NCBI GenBank assembly: GCA_046570105.1
Contig: JBKHVI010000036.1
Location: forward strand, 1-29,378
DNA length: 29,378 nt
Reading direction: 5' to 3'
Source: Bacteriovoracia bacterium
GTDB lineage: Bacteria; Bdellovibrionota; Bacteriovoracia; Bacteriovoracales; Bacteriovoracaceae
Part shown: positions 1 through 7,628 of the stretch, piece after piece
Layout: each line of letters opens with the position of its first letter
How positions within the stretch are numbered: position 1 is the first letter of the stretch
The notes under the pieces: generated by a model
Databases searched by the model: none
What the model saw: only the letters and a program-made list of their open reading frames with translations
Told to the model about the DNA's origin: nothing
Position numbers and translations under genes: made by a program

Positions 1-171
1 ATCTTTTTCTGGAGAAATAAGTTGATGAAAATCGTTTGCTTTTTTTGATTCCCAACCCGCTGGAGCCGTATAGGTTGTGTCTAAAAAATTAATACTTGTT
101 TCTGCTTGAATCTTAAGAGTGAAAAAAAACAAACTTAAGAAAAATAGTGTCTGCAAATGATTGATATTCAT
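1..171 (-). CDS. 5' part of a secreted protein that runs off the left edge; N-terminus loosely resembles secreted serine-hydrolase/beta-lactamase-family proteins
   Basis: Not in the ORF track. ATG at 171, open for 57 codons to position 1: MNINHLQTLFFLSLFFFTLKIQA|ETSINFLDTTYTAPAGWESKKANDFHQLISPEKD. Sec-type signal peptide and a perfect TATAAT 7 nt upstream. Family guess rests only on the TYTAPAGW...LISPE.D pattern. Confidence 0.75.
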   Translation of the reverse strand, partial: MNINHLQTLFFLSLFFFTLKIQAETSINFLDTTYTAPAGWESKKANDFHQLISPEKD

Positions 172-178
172 GGAGTTT

Positions 179-184
179 ATTATA
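179..184 (-). promoter_or_regulatory. sigma-70 -10 box TATAAT, probable leaderless start
   Basis: Minus strand reads TATAAT-aaactcc-ATG(171), with no Shine-Dalgarno. Confidence 0.6.
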
Positions 185-262
185 CCTAACAGTCTTTCGT
201 TTCAGTTTGGAAAAGTGTTTAGTCCAAAATTCGGCGTCTAAGCTACTGATATCATTAATTGC

Positions 263-271
263 TGTTATAGT
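263..271 (+). promoter_or_regulatory. extended -10 box TGnTATAGT, probable leaderless start
   Basis: TGt-TATAGT-tgtttta-ATG(279), with no Shine-Dalgarno. Confidence 0.5.
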
Positions 272-278
272 TGTTTTA

Positions 279-1070
279 ATGCTTAAAAGAAATCTTAAGA
301 TTAATTATAGAGTCCTTATCACTAACTGGTTTGAGCAAAAACAGAAGGCCAATCCACGTTTTAGCCTGGGTGCTCTCGCAAGAAAGTTAGGTTACAGCGC
401 CACTTCATCTCTCTCGAATGTCTTGAGCGGTAAACGTTCACTTTCTTCTAAGCACGCGAAGCTTTTAGTTGAAATTATGGAGCTGCCTCCTGGTCAAGCG
501 CACACATTTTTACAGGCCGTGGCCGCAGAAAAAATGTCACGCAAAGGTTTTGATACTGAAGTCGAACGACAAAAACCAGAGACGTTTGATAATCACTCAA
601 TGCTGCCTTCACTCACGCTTGCTCATTTTATTGCTTGTACAAAAGTGGGAACAGGACTGACTGCTGATGAGTTGCAAAAAGTAAGTGAACGGATCACCCG
701 AGAATTTAAAACCGATGGGAAGAGAATTTACGAAGAACTTATTAAGTATGGCGTATTAGTTGCTGAAGAAAATTCAATAAAACTTGCTCAGGGTAAGCCC
801 AATTCCTATTGTTCGATGTCGAGTACCAGCGAAGACAAACACATGCTGAGATCAGCGCAAGAGCTGCAGGCCTTAGCCGTAAATAAATTTTTAGAGGATC
901 CTCAACGGGCTAATATTCATTTGGCGGTTGTGAAAGTGCGGCCAGAAGAAGTGGAAGCGATGAGAGATGATCTCATAGATGCGATCACTGGCGTTTACGA
1001 GCGCTACTGCTTTGGTGAAGGTCGGACGAGTTTGACAGGCTTTCAGACAAATTTTGTAAAAATCGAATAA
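279..1070 (+). CDS. TIGR02147/DUF4423-like protein with N-terminal XRE-type HTH (putative regulator)
   Basis: N-terminal YRVLITNWFEQKQKANPRFSLGALARKLGYS..SSLSNVLSGKRSLS matches the signature of this family, which is expanded in Bdellovibrionota and Fibrobacter. ATG 279 is preferred over TTG 207 because the domain begins there and a -10 box precedes it. Confidence 0.75.
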   Translation: MLKRNLKINYRVLITNWFEQKQKANPRFSLGALARKLGYSATSSLSNVLSGKRSLSSKHAKLLVEIMELPPGQAHTFLQAVAAEKMSRKGFDTEVERQKPETFDNHSMLPSLTLAHFIACTKVGTGLTADELQKVSERITREFKTDGKRIYEELIKYGVLVAEENSIKLAQGKPNSYCSMSSTSEDKHMLRSAQELQALAVNKFLEDPQRANIHLAVVKVRPEEVEAMRDDLIDAITGVYERYCFGEGRTSLTGFQTNFVKIE

Positions 1071-1105
1071 AAAAAAGGCCCGGATTTCTCCGGGCCTTCT
1101 TATTT
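1069..1105. terminator. bidirectional intrinsic terminator
   Basis: 10-bp stem AAGGCCCGGA (1075-1084) / TCCGGGCCTT (1089-1098) with 4-nt loop. A-tract on the left, T-rich tail on the right, located between convergent genes. Confidence 0.85.
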
Positions 1106-1122
1106 CTAAATCTAAATTTAGA

Positions 1123-1989
1123 CTAACGTACTGTCGGCTTGAACCAGCAAAGTGGGCGAAGACCTTTCGTATCGCCAAGTGAGCCGTGGCATGTGCCAGT
1201 GACTTCGCTGTTTTGAGCTACGTCTTCGTTGAAAGACTTATCGCAAAGAGCACCTTGGTAGTATGTATCAAGACGGCACTGGTGAGCTGGGTGAGAGTCA
1301 TTTGTGCGTGATACAACTGCTGGATCTGGAGTGTTGAACTGAGCAGGAGCTTGGTTACGCATGCTAGCGAAGAGGTTTGATACAGAAACGCCTGCCATGC
1401 CGTTACGGATACAGATGTTTTTGTCGTTCTCGTCAGCATAAGTTGCAGCACAAGTTGAAGACAACATTTCTGGAACTTCCATCGCTGCAACGATAGCTGC
1501 GTTGTCGTCGTTCAAGAACATTTTGCGAAGACACTTCAAAGTTGCGAAGTAGTCAGACTGACCTTCGTTTGAAGCCCAACGGTTGAAGAAACCACCAACT
1601 TTCGGTGCGCCACCAAGGTGGTGACCAAGTTCGTGACACATAACAAGTGCGAAACCGTCTGAAGTGATTGTTTCATGACGAGCGAGACCGCCGTACATGT
1701 TTACACGCCAAGTAGAACCCATACGCTGAGCGCTGGCGTTAACTGTGCCGTCTGACCATCCACGAGAAACGTTCAATGTTCCGCCCATCTGACTGATGAT
1801 TGGAGCATAGATTTCAGAAAGACGATCAATCACAAGATTGAACTCTGCTTCAGTAATGCCGCCTGCATTCTTAGCATCAACTGAGATGTACATATTATTT
1901 TCTGGCAAAAAACCTTCTTTGCCGTCTTCAGTACAAGCGAAGACTGGGAGAGCGAAAACGAGAGACAATAAGAATGCTGTGAACTTCAT
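1123..1989 (-). CDS. secreted zinc metalloprotease (HExxH, M48/gluzincin-like), Cys-rich
   Basis: Signal peptide MKFTAFLLSLVFALPVFA. Motifs TVNASA, LVMCHELGHHLG and downstream NEGQSDYFA. Strong SD AAGGAG at 2000-1995. Confidence 0.8.
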   Translation of the reverse strand: MKFTAFLLSLVFALPVFACTEDGKEGFLPENNMYISVDAKNAGGITEAEFNLVIDRLSEIYAPIISQMGGTLNVSRGWSDGTVNASAQRMGSTWRVNMYGGLARHETITSDGFALVMCHELGHHLGGAPKVGGFFNRWASNEGQSDYFATLKCLRKMFLNDDNAAIVAAMEVPEMLSSTCAATYADENDKNICIRNGMAGVSVSNLFASMRNQAPAQFNTPDPAVVSRTNDSHPAHQCRLDTYYQGALCDKSFNEDVAQNSEVTGTCHGSLGDTKGLRPLCWFKPTVR

Positions 1990-2000
1990 GTAAACTCCTT

Positions 2001-2018
2001 AAGATTATCCGTAATCTT
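2001..2018 (-). promoter_or_regulatory. hairpin with ACGGAU loop abutting the RBS (CsrA/RsmA-site-like)
   Basis: AAGATT-ACGGAT-AATCTT is followed directly by AAGGAG-tttac-ATG. Confidence 0.4.
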
Positions 2019-2132
2019 TGTTCTTTGATTGAAGAATGAAGGAGATGAAGAGTCATCGAAATATCTGGAATGTAAGTCTTAATTAGGGCGACCGAGAGAT
2101 TTACTCGGGTGTGAAATTGTGTAAACGGGTAC

Positions 2133-2158
2133 AAAAAAAGGCTCCGGAAGGAGCCTTT
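2133..2158 (-). terminator. intrinsic terminator downstream of tRNA-Leu
   Basis: Stem AAAGGCTCC (2137-2145) / GGAGCCTTT (2150-2158) with 4-nt loop and a U-tract on the minus strand. Confidence 0.8.
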
Positions 2159-2172
2159 AAGATTTAAAAAAG

Positions 2173-2257
2173 TGGTGCCCGGGAAGGGACTCGAACCCCC
2201 ACGATGATTAGTCGGAGGATTTTGAATCCTCTGCGTCTACCATTTCGCCACCCGGGC
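2173..2257 (-). tRNA. tRNA-Leu (anticodon CAA)
   Basis: Minus strand GCCCGGGTGGCGAAATGGTAGACGCAGAGGATTCAAAATCCTCCGACTAATCATCGTGGGGGTTCGAGTCCCTTCCCGGGCACCA. Acceptor stem GCCCGGG/CCCGGGC, anticodon arm GAGGA-TTCAAAA-TCCTC, long variable arm, TTCGA T-loop, encoded CCA. Confidence 0.97.
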
Positions 2258-2268
2258 ATGAGTTAGAG

Positions 2269-2297
2269 ATACTATGAGGCGCACCGAGTCAAGTCAA
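2269..2297 (-). promoter_or_regulatory. sigma-70 promoter of tRNA-Leu
   Basis: TTGACT (2297-2292), 17 nt, TAGTAT (2274-2269). The -35 box overlaps the TGA stop of the upstream gene. Confidence 0.7.
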
Positions 2298-3406
2298 CGC
2301 TTTCTCAGCCTCAATAACAATCTTCGGAACGGATAGATGAATTGTCCGCCATAGCTTGCCGGATAATTCTTTTCATCGATGCCATAAGCGGTGGGCCATT
2401 CGTTTTTGGGAAGGTATTGGGTGCCGAAAAACCGATCAATCACCGGAAAATGCACAGCATAGTTTTTATTATAGGCCACCGGCCGATCATGATGATGCCA
2501 GTGATGGTAGCGAGGAGTGGCAAACAGATGTTCGAGAGGGCCAAAGTTAAGGCCGAGGTTGCTGTGAATGAGCACCGTTTGCATCGCCATCACCGTGAGA
2601 TAACCCCAAAAAGCCTCGCTTTGTAGTCCCACCAACAAAATGGAGAAGTAAACCACCGTGCGAACAATCAGAATGTCGACGAGATGGAGTCTTGAGCCTG
2701 CTAACCAATCGAGGGTTTTTATTGAATGATGAATCTTATGAAATTCCCATAATTTGGTTTCGTGAAAGGCACGATGCAACCAGTACTGAATAAAATCTGA
2801 AATAAAGAGCGCCAACAGAATCTGCAAAACAATCGGCAACTTTTGAATCGTCATGGCCCAAGGAATAGCACCTAGGCTTTGAAACCAAACTTGTGCTGGC
2901 TTTTGTGTTAATACCGCTAAGAGTTGAATCCCTAAATGTCCGACAGCAAAATAGGTAAGATCAACTTTGATTTCTGGCCGCATAATTTTTTGCAAACGAT
3001 TCAAAGGAAAGATTCCTTCGAGCGGAATAAAAATCAGCGCCAATAAAAAAATATCTAAGACAAACCAGTCTAGTCCCAGTTGAATGCGTGCATCAGTAAA
3101 TTCATCTTTGACTGGAACATCAGCGCCGCCTAGAAAAAGCACAATAATTTGCAACAGAAGTGCAAAGAAACAAAGTTTGGCTTTTTTTGAAGTGAGATAA
3201 CCAACCAGCGCCAAAAAAATAGAAGTCAGAATTGTTGCTTGCAGTAATTGGCGGATAAGTGGAATCGGCAGCGATCTTCTGACTTCAGGGGTGGTGAGGA
3301 TTTCGGGAAAAAGAAAACACAAAATGGTTAAGAGGCAAAGTATCGCCAATACCAGAGCTGCGTGAGGAAGTTTGGCCAGCACACGGTGAGTGAGTTTGAC
3401 CTTCAT
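2294..3406 (-). CDS. sterol desaturase / fatty acid hydroxylase family membrane di-iron enzyme
   Basis: Histidine boxes YWLHRAFH, FHKIHHS, IHSN, YHHWHH and KNYAVHFPVIDRFFGT, with multiple TM helices. Confidence 0.9.
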   Translation of the reverse strand: MKVKLTHRVLAKLPHAALVLAILCLLTILCFLFPEILTTPEVRRSLPIPLIRQLLQATILTSIFLALVGYLTSKKAKLCFFALLLQIIVLFLGGADVPVKDEFTDARIQLGLDWFVLDIFLLALIFIPLEGIFPLNRLQKIMRPEIKVDLTYFAVGHLGIQLLAVLTQKPAQVWFQSLGAIPWAMTIQKLPIVLQILLALFISDFIQYWLHRAFHETKLWEFHKIHHSIKTLDWLAGSRLHLVDILIVRTVVYFSILLVGLQSEAFWGYLTVMAMQTVLIHSNLGLNFGPLEHLFATPRYHHWHHHDRPVAYNKNYAVHFPVIDRFFGTQYLPKNEWPTAYGIDEKNYPASYGGQFIYPFRRLLLRLRKR

Positions 3407-3411
3407 TTGGA

Positions 3412-4374
3412 TTACCTCAAGCGAATCAGTTCAAGTGTTTCTCTAATGCCAAAGCGTAAAAAATCATCACCTAAGTGCTGACGTAAATTACGGTTATCAA
3501 TCAGGCAGGAGAATTTTAAATAATCTAAGAGGTATTCGGGCACTTCGATTTTGAAGACTTTCAAAATATCGTTCATGCCTTTGGCCAAGACGATGGGGAA
3601 AGGGAAGCCTTTTGAACCAACTAGGTCGAGAGCTTCGCGAAGAGCAATGAACTCACTACCGGCGACGTTGTAGGTTCCCGTAGGTATTTTGGTAATTGAG
3701 TTACAGAGAACTTGGGCCATATCAAATTCATGAATGAATTGAAAAAACGGATTGTAATCCATCGGGCGCAAGGCCATCGGATTATTCAAGAAGCGGCTCA
3801 TGGCATTTTGAATTTGAGTGCCAATGATATTGCATGGTCGTAAAACGACTGTCGAAAGTTCACTTTGGTGCTTCCACATGAAGTGTCCACAGAGTTGATC
3901 CATTTCTACGACATCTCGAAGTTCAGGATGCTTGATGCTGGCCTTAAGAGGTGCATCCTCTGTTAAGAAGATTGAGTTGTCGGCCAGTGCACCATAAACG
4001 TGGAAAGTAGAGAGTATGACTAATTTTCCCACCCCTGAGCGCAAACACAAATCGAGAATGCGATTGGTTCCCATGACGGAGAGTTCGAGACGCTTGGCCA
4101 AGATATCGGCATCGTTTGAGCTGTGAGAGATGCGGCCTAAGTGAAGGACAGCATCAAATTTATGGGCACGGAAAAGGTTTTCAAAATTACCGCGTGAGTA
4201 TTTCATGCTCAAGGTCTCAAGACCTTTGAGAGGTGGGATATCATGCAATGAGCGGGAGTCTACTCCCAAGATTTCCCAATTCGGATGTTCCGACAACAAG
4301 AGTCGCGATGTGATGCGCGCTAGACCGCCGGCCATTCCTATGATGAGGACTTTTTTCTTTTCAGCGCTCATCAC
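3412..4374 (-). CDS. NAD-dependent epimerase/dehydratase (extended SDR) family protein
   Basis: KVLIIGMAGGLA Rossmann start, DAVLHLG, VMGTNRIL, STFHVYGA, VVLRPCNIIG, QFIHEFD, GTYNVAG. Confidence 0.85.
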   Translation of the reverse strand: MMSAEKKKVLIIGMAGGLARITSRLLLSEHPNWEILGVDSRSLHDIPPLKGLETLSMKYSRGNFENLFRAHKFDAVLHLGRISHSSNDADILAKRLELSVMGTNRILDLCLRSGVGKLVILSTFHVYGALADNSIFLTEDAPLKASIKHPELRDVVEMDQLCGHFMWKHQSELSTVVLRPCNIIGTQIQNAMSRFLNNPMALRPMDYNPFFQFIHEFDMAQVLCNSITKIPTGTYNVAGSEFIALREALDLVGSKGFPFPIVLAKGMNDILKVFKIEVPEYLLDYLKFSCLIDNRNLRQHLGDDFLRFGIRETLELIRLR

Positions 4375-5254
4375 GTTCCTGCTTCAAGATAAGTTTAGAA
4401 AGTGGTTTGCGAATTTCATCAAAGAATGGACGGCGATGCTTAAGTCCTACAGCGAGTAGCTTTTTGACTTGGCCTTCGATTTTTAAAACCTGCTCTTTGA
4501 TGTCTTTGTCAGGTGCTTCCGGCGAGAGGTCTTCAGGAACTTCAATGGGCTTTCCGATATGAATATCTATTGGAGAAGGAAGCGGAAAGGCATTCATCGA
4601 TAGAGGCAAGGCAGGTACTTTGAAAATTTTAGCTAAACTTTTTACATGCCACACGAATGGGAACATTTCTTCAGCACCGACAACAGCGATGGGAAGAATG
4701 GGCGTGCGATTTTGTAGTGCTATTCGATAAAAGCCTTGCGAGAAGTTCTGTGTGCGATAAAACTGCGTGGTATTTTTGCTGATACCGCGTACGCCTTCCG
4801 GAAAAACAAGGATCGATTCTTTATTTTCTAAAAGATATTGGCAGTTGGCCCTATCACCAAGAATGCTACCAGTTTGGGCCGCGAGATCACCGATGAACGG
4901 AAGTTGCGCCATAAAGCGCTCAACCATGGCGCGCAGAATGCGCGGAGGCTGAATGTCGATAGCGAAGGCAATGGTAATGAGCATGGCATCCAAAGGAACT
5001 TGGCCGGTATGATTTGATACAATGATAAATGAATTATCAGTGACGTTTTCTTGACCAAAAATACGCACTTTAAAATAGCGTCGGTAGACAGGTAGCAGTG
5101 TGCGAAGAGTTTTCTCACAGAGCTCGAGATTAAAGCCCCAAGGGTCTTGATATTTTTGGTATTTCTCTCGAAGTAGAGCAAAAACTTCTGTGATTTTTGC
5201 ATCGTCCTCGGGAGTGTTTCCCCAAACCATTTGTAATGCCTGACTGAGCTGCAT
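4361..5254 (-). CDS. lysophospholipid acyltransferase family protein (PlsC/DGAT-like)
   Basis: IVSNHTGQVPLD (HxxxxxD block), LVFPEG, PILPIAVVGAEE. Overlaps the next gene by 14 nt. Confidence 0.88.
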   Translation of the reverse strand: MQLSQALQMVWGNTPEDDAKITEVFALLREKYQKYQDPWGFNLELCEKTLRTLLPVYRRYFKVRIFGQENVTDNSFIIVSNHTGQVPLDAMLITIAFAIDIQPPRILRAMVERFMAQLPFIGDLAAQTGSILGDRANCQYLLENKESILVFPEGVRGISKNTTQFYRTQNFSQGFYRIALQNRTPILPIAVVGAEEMFPFVWHVKSLAKIFKVPALPLSMNAFPLPSPIDIHIGKPIEVPEDLSPEAPDKDIKEQVLKIEGQVKKLLAVGLKHRRPFFDEIRKPLSKLILKQERDER

Positions 5255-5275
5255 GGGAAAAAACCTTTGCCCCGT

Positions 5276-5303
5276 TTGCTGATTATACCATTTAAGGCAT
5301 AAT
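5276..5303. promoter_or_regulatory. overlapping divergent sigma-70 promoters
   Basis: Minus strand: TGgTATAAT (5290-5282) for the acyltransferase operon. Plus strand: TTGCTG (5276-5281), 16 nt, CATAAT (5298-5303), 7 nt before ATG 5311. Confidence 0.55.
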
Positions 5304-5310
5304 ACCGACT

Positions 5311-5613
5311 ATGCGCGATCAGAACAATGAGTCTTGGCGGAAAAAAGCAATTGGGGTCTTACAGGCCTGTGAGCATGAGCTGCGTCGAACGACGGCCATT
5401 GGTATGAAGATGATCCACGCCTCGAAGGCCAGCAGTGATCTGCATGATACCTATGAAGAACTCGGTCGATTAGTCGCCAAATCAATGAAAGACGGGGAGT
5501 TAGATTGGAATCATGCTCGCGCGCATGTTTTAGTCGGCCAGGCCCAGGACTTAGAAAATCTCTTGCATGAAATGGAAGGGCAAGTTCAAGATCTGAAGAA
5601 GCCTAACGATTAA
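5311..5613 (+). CDS. small helical/coiled-coil hypothetical protein
   Basis: 100-aa ORF filling the gap. Its stop shares TTAA with the convergent engB stop. Confidence 0.75.
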   Translation: MRDQNNESWRKKAIGVLQACEHELRRTTAIGMKMIHASKASSDLHDTYEELGRLVAKSMKDGELDWNHARAHVLVGQAQDLENLLHEMEGQVQDLKKPND

Positions 5614-6248
5614 CGTAGTAAAAAACTCATCATTCCATCAACAACCGGCTGCACACCCTGTCCGCTTTCTGCCGAAGCGAAATGAATCTGTTTAACCCAA
5701 GAATGCTTTTTATAAATATCGGGTAATTGCTTTTGTAGAACTGAGCGCTCTTTTTGTGTTTTGAGTTTGTCGATTTTATTGAAGACTAAGTAGGTCTCAA
5801 GATTGAACTGTTGAATATAGTCTTGAAACTGAACATCGGCATCTTGGAGAGGGTGACGGGCGTCTTGCATCGCCATCAATAAAACTTTGCCTGAAATACG
5901 ATAGAAGAAAGTATCAAGGAGTTGCTGCCAGTTGCGGCCCATTTCTTTAGAGACTTCGGCATGGCCATAGCCAGGAACATCAAACAAGAAAAAAGCTTTC
6001 GGCTCAATGTCTTGTTCCGTTTTCCAAAGAAAGCGGAAGACGTTCACCTGACGAGTACGGCCTGGCGTTTTAGAAACACGTGCTACTGATTTACCAAAAA
6101 TGGCATTGATCAACGAAGACTTACCAACGTTTGATCGACCAACAAAGGCGACACCTTGTGCCGCTGGATGTTCACCCAGCCACTTAGAGAGTTGATCGAC
6201 TTGATCAATTCCCATCAAGAATTCTGTTTTTCCTTTTTGAATCGCCAT
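5610..6248 (-). CDS. engB: ribosome biogenesis GTP-binding protein YihA/YsxC (EngB)
   Basis: G1 GRSNVGKSSLIN, ARVSKTPGRT, G3 DVPGYG, G4 NKIDKL. Start moved to ATG 6248 (MAIQKG), preceded by TGGACG-17-CACAAT-6 nt. Confidence 0.93.
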   Translation of the reverse strand: MAIQKGKTEFLMGIDQVDQLSKWLGEHPAAQGVAFVGRSNVGKSSLINAIFGKSVARVSKTPGRTRQVNVFRFLWKTEQDIEPKAFFLFDVPGYGHAEVSKEMGRNWQQLLDTFFYRISGKVLLMAMQDARHPLQDADVQFQDYIQQFNLETYLVFNKIDKLKTQKERSVLQKQLPDIYKKHSWVKQIHFASAESGQGVQPVVDGMMSFLLR

Positions 6249-6437
6249 GAGGCCATTGTGCCCTTGAAGACACGCACCGTCCAGTGTTGCAGATTTGAGA
6301 TTTTTCACTTTTGTAAGCGGAAACACGCGACCAATCCTATTGAGCTGATGCAATTTCGCCTCAACCTTGGAGGGGCGATGTTACAAATTAAACAAACAGG
6401 TCTGCGTTACGGTGATTCTTGTTCGATCATAACTCCT

Positions 6438-7628
6438 ATGAAGCCAAAGCGCTCGGTGCCATTAATAAGAACAAAATGGGACATTGTTCCAGATGGTGAT
6501 GAAGAAAAAGCTGGTGTGCCACGTATTGAAGTTCCAGGTGCTAAGTCGAAATCATTTCGCTGGCGACTCGAGCTTGTCCCTGTCGCCGGTGATGCACGCT
6601 TTTTGTTGCGCTCTCTTGATAATTCAGCTTTCACTCTTAATGGTCAGTGGACAAGAGAAGCTTATCTTGAAGGACAAGACACCTTAGGGTTGCAGACGCC
6701 AGGTCGCCTCGAATTTAATCGTGAGGTGCCACAAGATGCTCTACTCTCACCTCAGTGGCCAGGCTCCTTAAAAGATCCACGGGTTTTAAGTTCAGCCCTT
6801 CCCATACTTTTGCAAGGGGAGACGGGCACTGGAAAAAGTCATATCGCTCGAGAAATTCATCAGCGCTCAGGTCGAATTGGGAGTTTCGTATCATTGAACG
6901 TTTCTGCTTTATCACCTTCCCTCGTGGAATCAGAATTATTTGGTCATCGCAAAGGATCATTTACGGGTGCCACGATGGATCGCAAAGGTGCCTTAGCAGA
7001 AGCTCATAATGGAACACTTTTTTTAGATGAGGTCGATTCATTATCACGTGATTTGCAGGTGAAGCTTCTGCTCTTTTTAGACCGTGGTTTTTATCGCGCA
7101 GTGGGCGCCAGTCGTGAAGAGCGATCAATGACTCGATTGATATTTGCCTCGGGACGTCCGTTGGATCAGTTAGTTAAAATGGGTGAGATGCGAGCTGATT
7201 TTTACTATCGACTCTGCCAGGGGGTGATGGTCGACCTCTCTCCGCTTCGAGAATCACCTGAAGACATTGTTCGCCATTGTCATATTTTTGCCATTGAAAA
7301 CAGAGTCGTCATTGGCGAGAAATTAATGGAGTTTTATCGATCGCTCCCGTGGCCCGGAAATGTTCGTCAGTTAAGAGGGCATCTGATGGCAAAAAAAGTG
7401 CGCTCCAAAACTCGCAAATTCGATTTCGATGAATGGGACGATAAGCTGCTCAAAATGACCAGCAACTTGGAGGGAATAGCGATCTCCTATGCACCGATAA
7501 AAACCATGGAAGAAGTGAAAAGAGAGTATGCCCGTCAGACGCTTAAGCGCTGTCACGGAGAACTTACCATGACGGCCCGAGAACTAGGTGTGAATCGAAA
7601 AACACTACGTTCTTGGTTAGAAGATTAA
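6438..7628 (+). CDS. sigma-54-interacting transcriptional activator (bEBP) with N-terminal FHA-like domain and Fis-type HTH
   Basis: Walker A LQGETGTGKS, ESELFGHRKGSFTGA, LFLDEVD, RADFYYRL, WPGNVRQL, C-terminal TARELGVNRKTL. Start uncertain: 6438, or 6378 with GGAGG. The track start at 6156 overlaps engB. Confidence 0.88.
   Translation: MKPKRSVPLIRTKWDIVPDGDEEKAGVPRIEVPGAKSKSFRWRLELVPVAGDARFLLRSLDNSAFTLNGQWTREAYLEGQDTLGLQTPGRLEFNREVPQDALLSPQWPGSLKDPRVLSSALPILLQGETGTGKSHIAREIHQRSGRIGSFVSLNVSALSPSLVESELFGHRKGSFTGATMDRKGALAEAHNGTLFLDEVDSLSRDLQVKLLLFLDRGFYRAVGASREERSMTRLIFASGRPLDQLVKMGEMRADFYYRLCQGVMVDLSPLRESPEDIVRHCHIFAIENRVVIGEKLMEFYRSLPWPGNVRQLRGHLMAKKVRSKTRKFDFDEWDDKLLKMTSNLEGIAISYAPIKTMEEVKREYARQTLKRCHGELTMTARELGVNRKTLRSWLED

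Noticed and set aside
1..2257. Genomic island integrated at the tRNA-Leu 3' end
   Set aside because: No integrase and no duplicate of the tRNA 3' end seen in the window. The tRNA keeps its own terminator.
6156..6353. Long head-to-head overlap of engB and the bEBP implied by the ORF track
   Set aside because: Artefact of longest-ORF starts. Domain boundaries and promoter motifs favour 6248 (minus) and 6378 or 6438 (plus).
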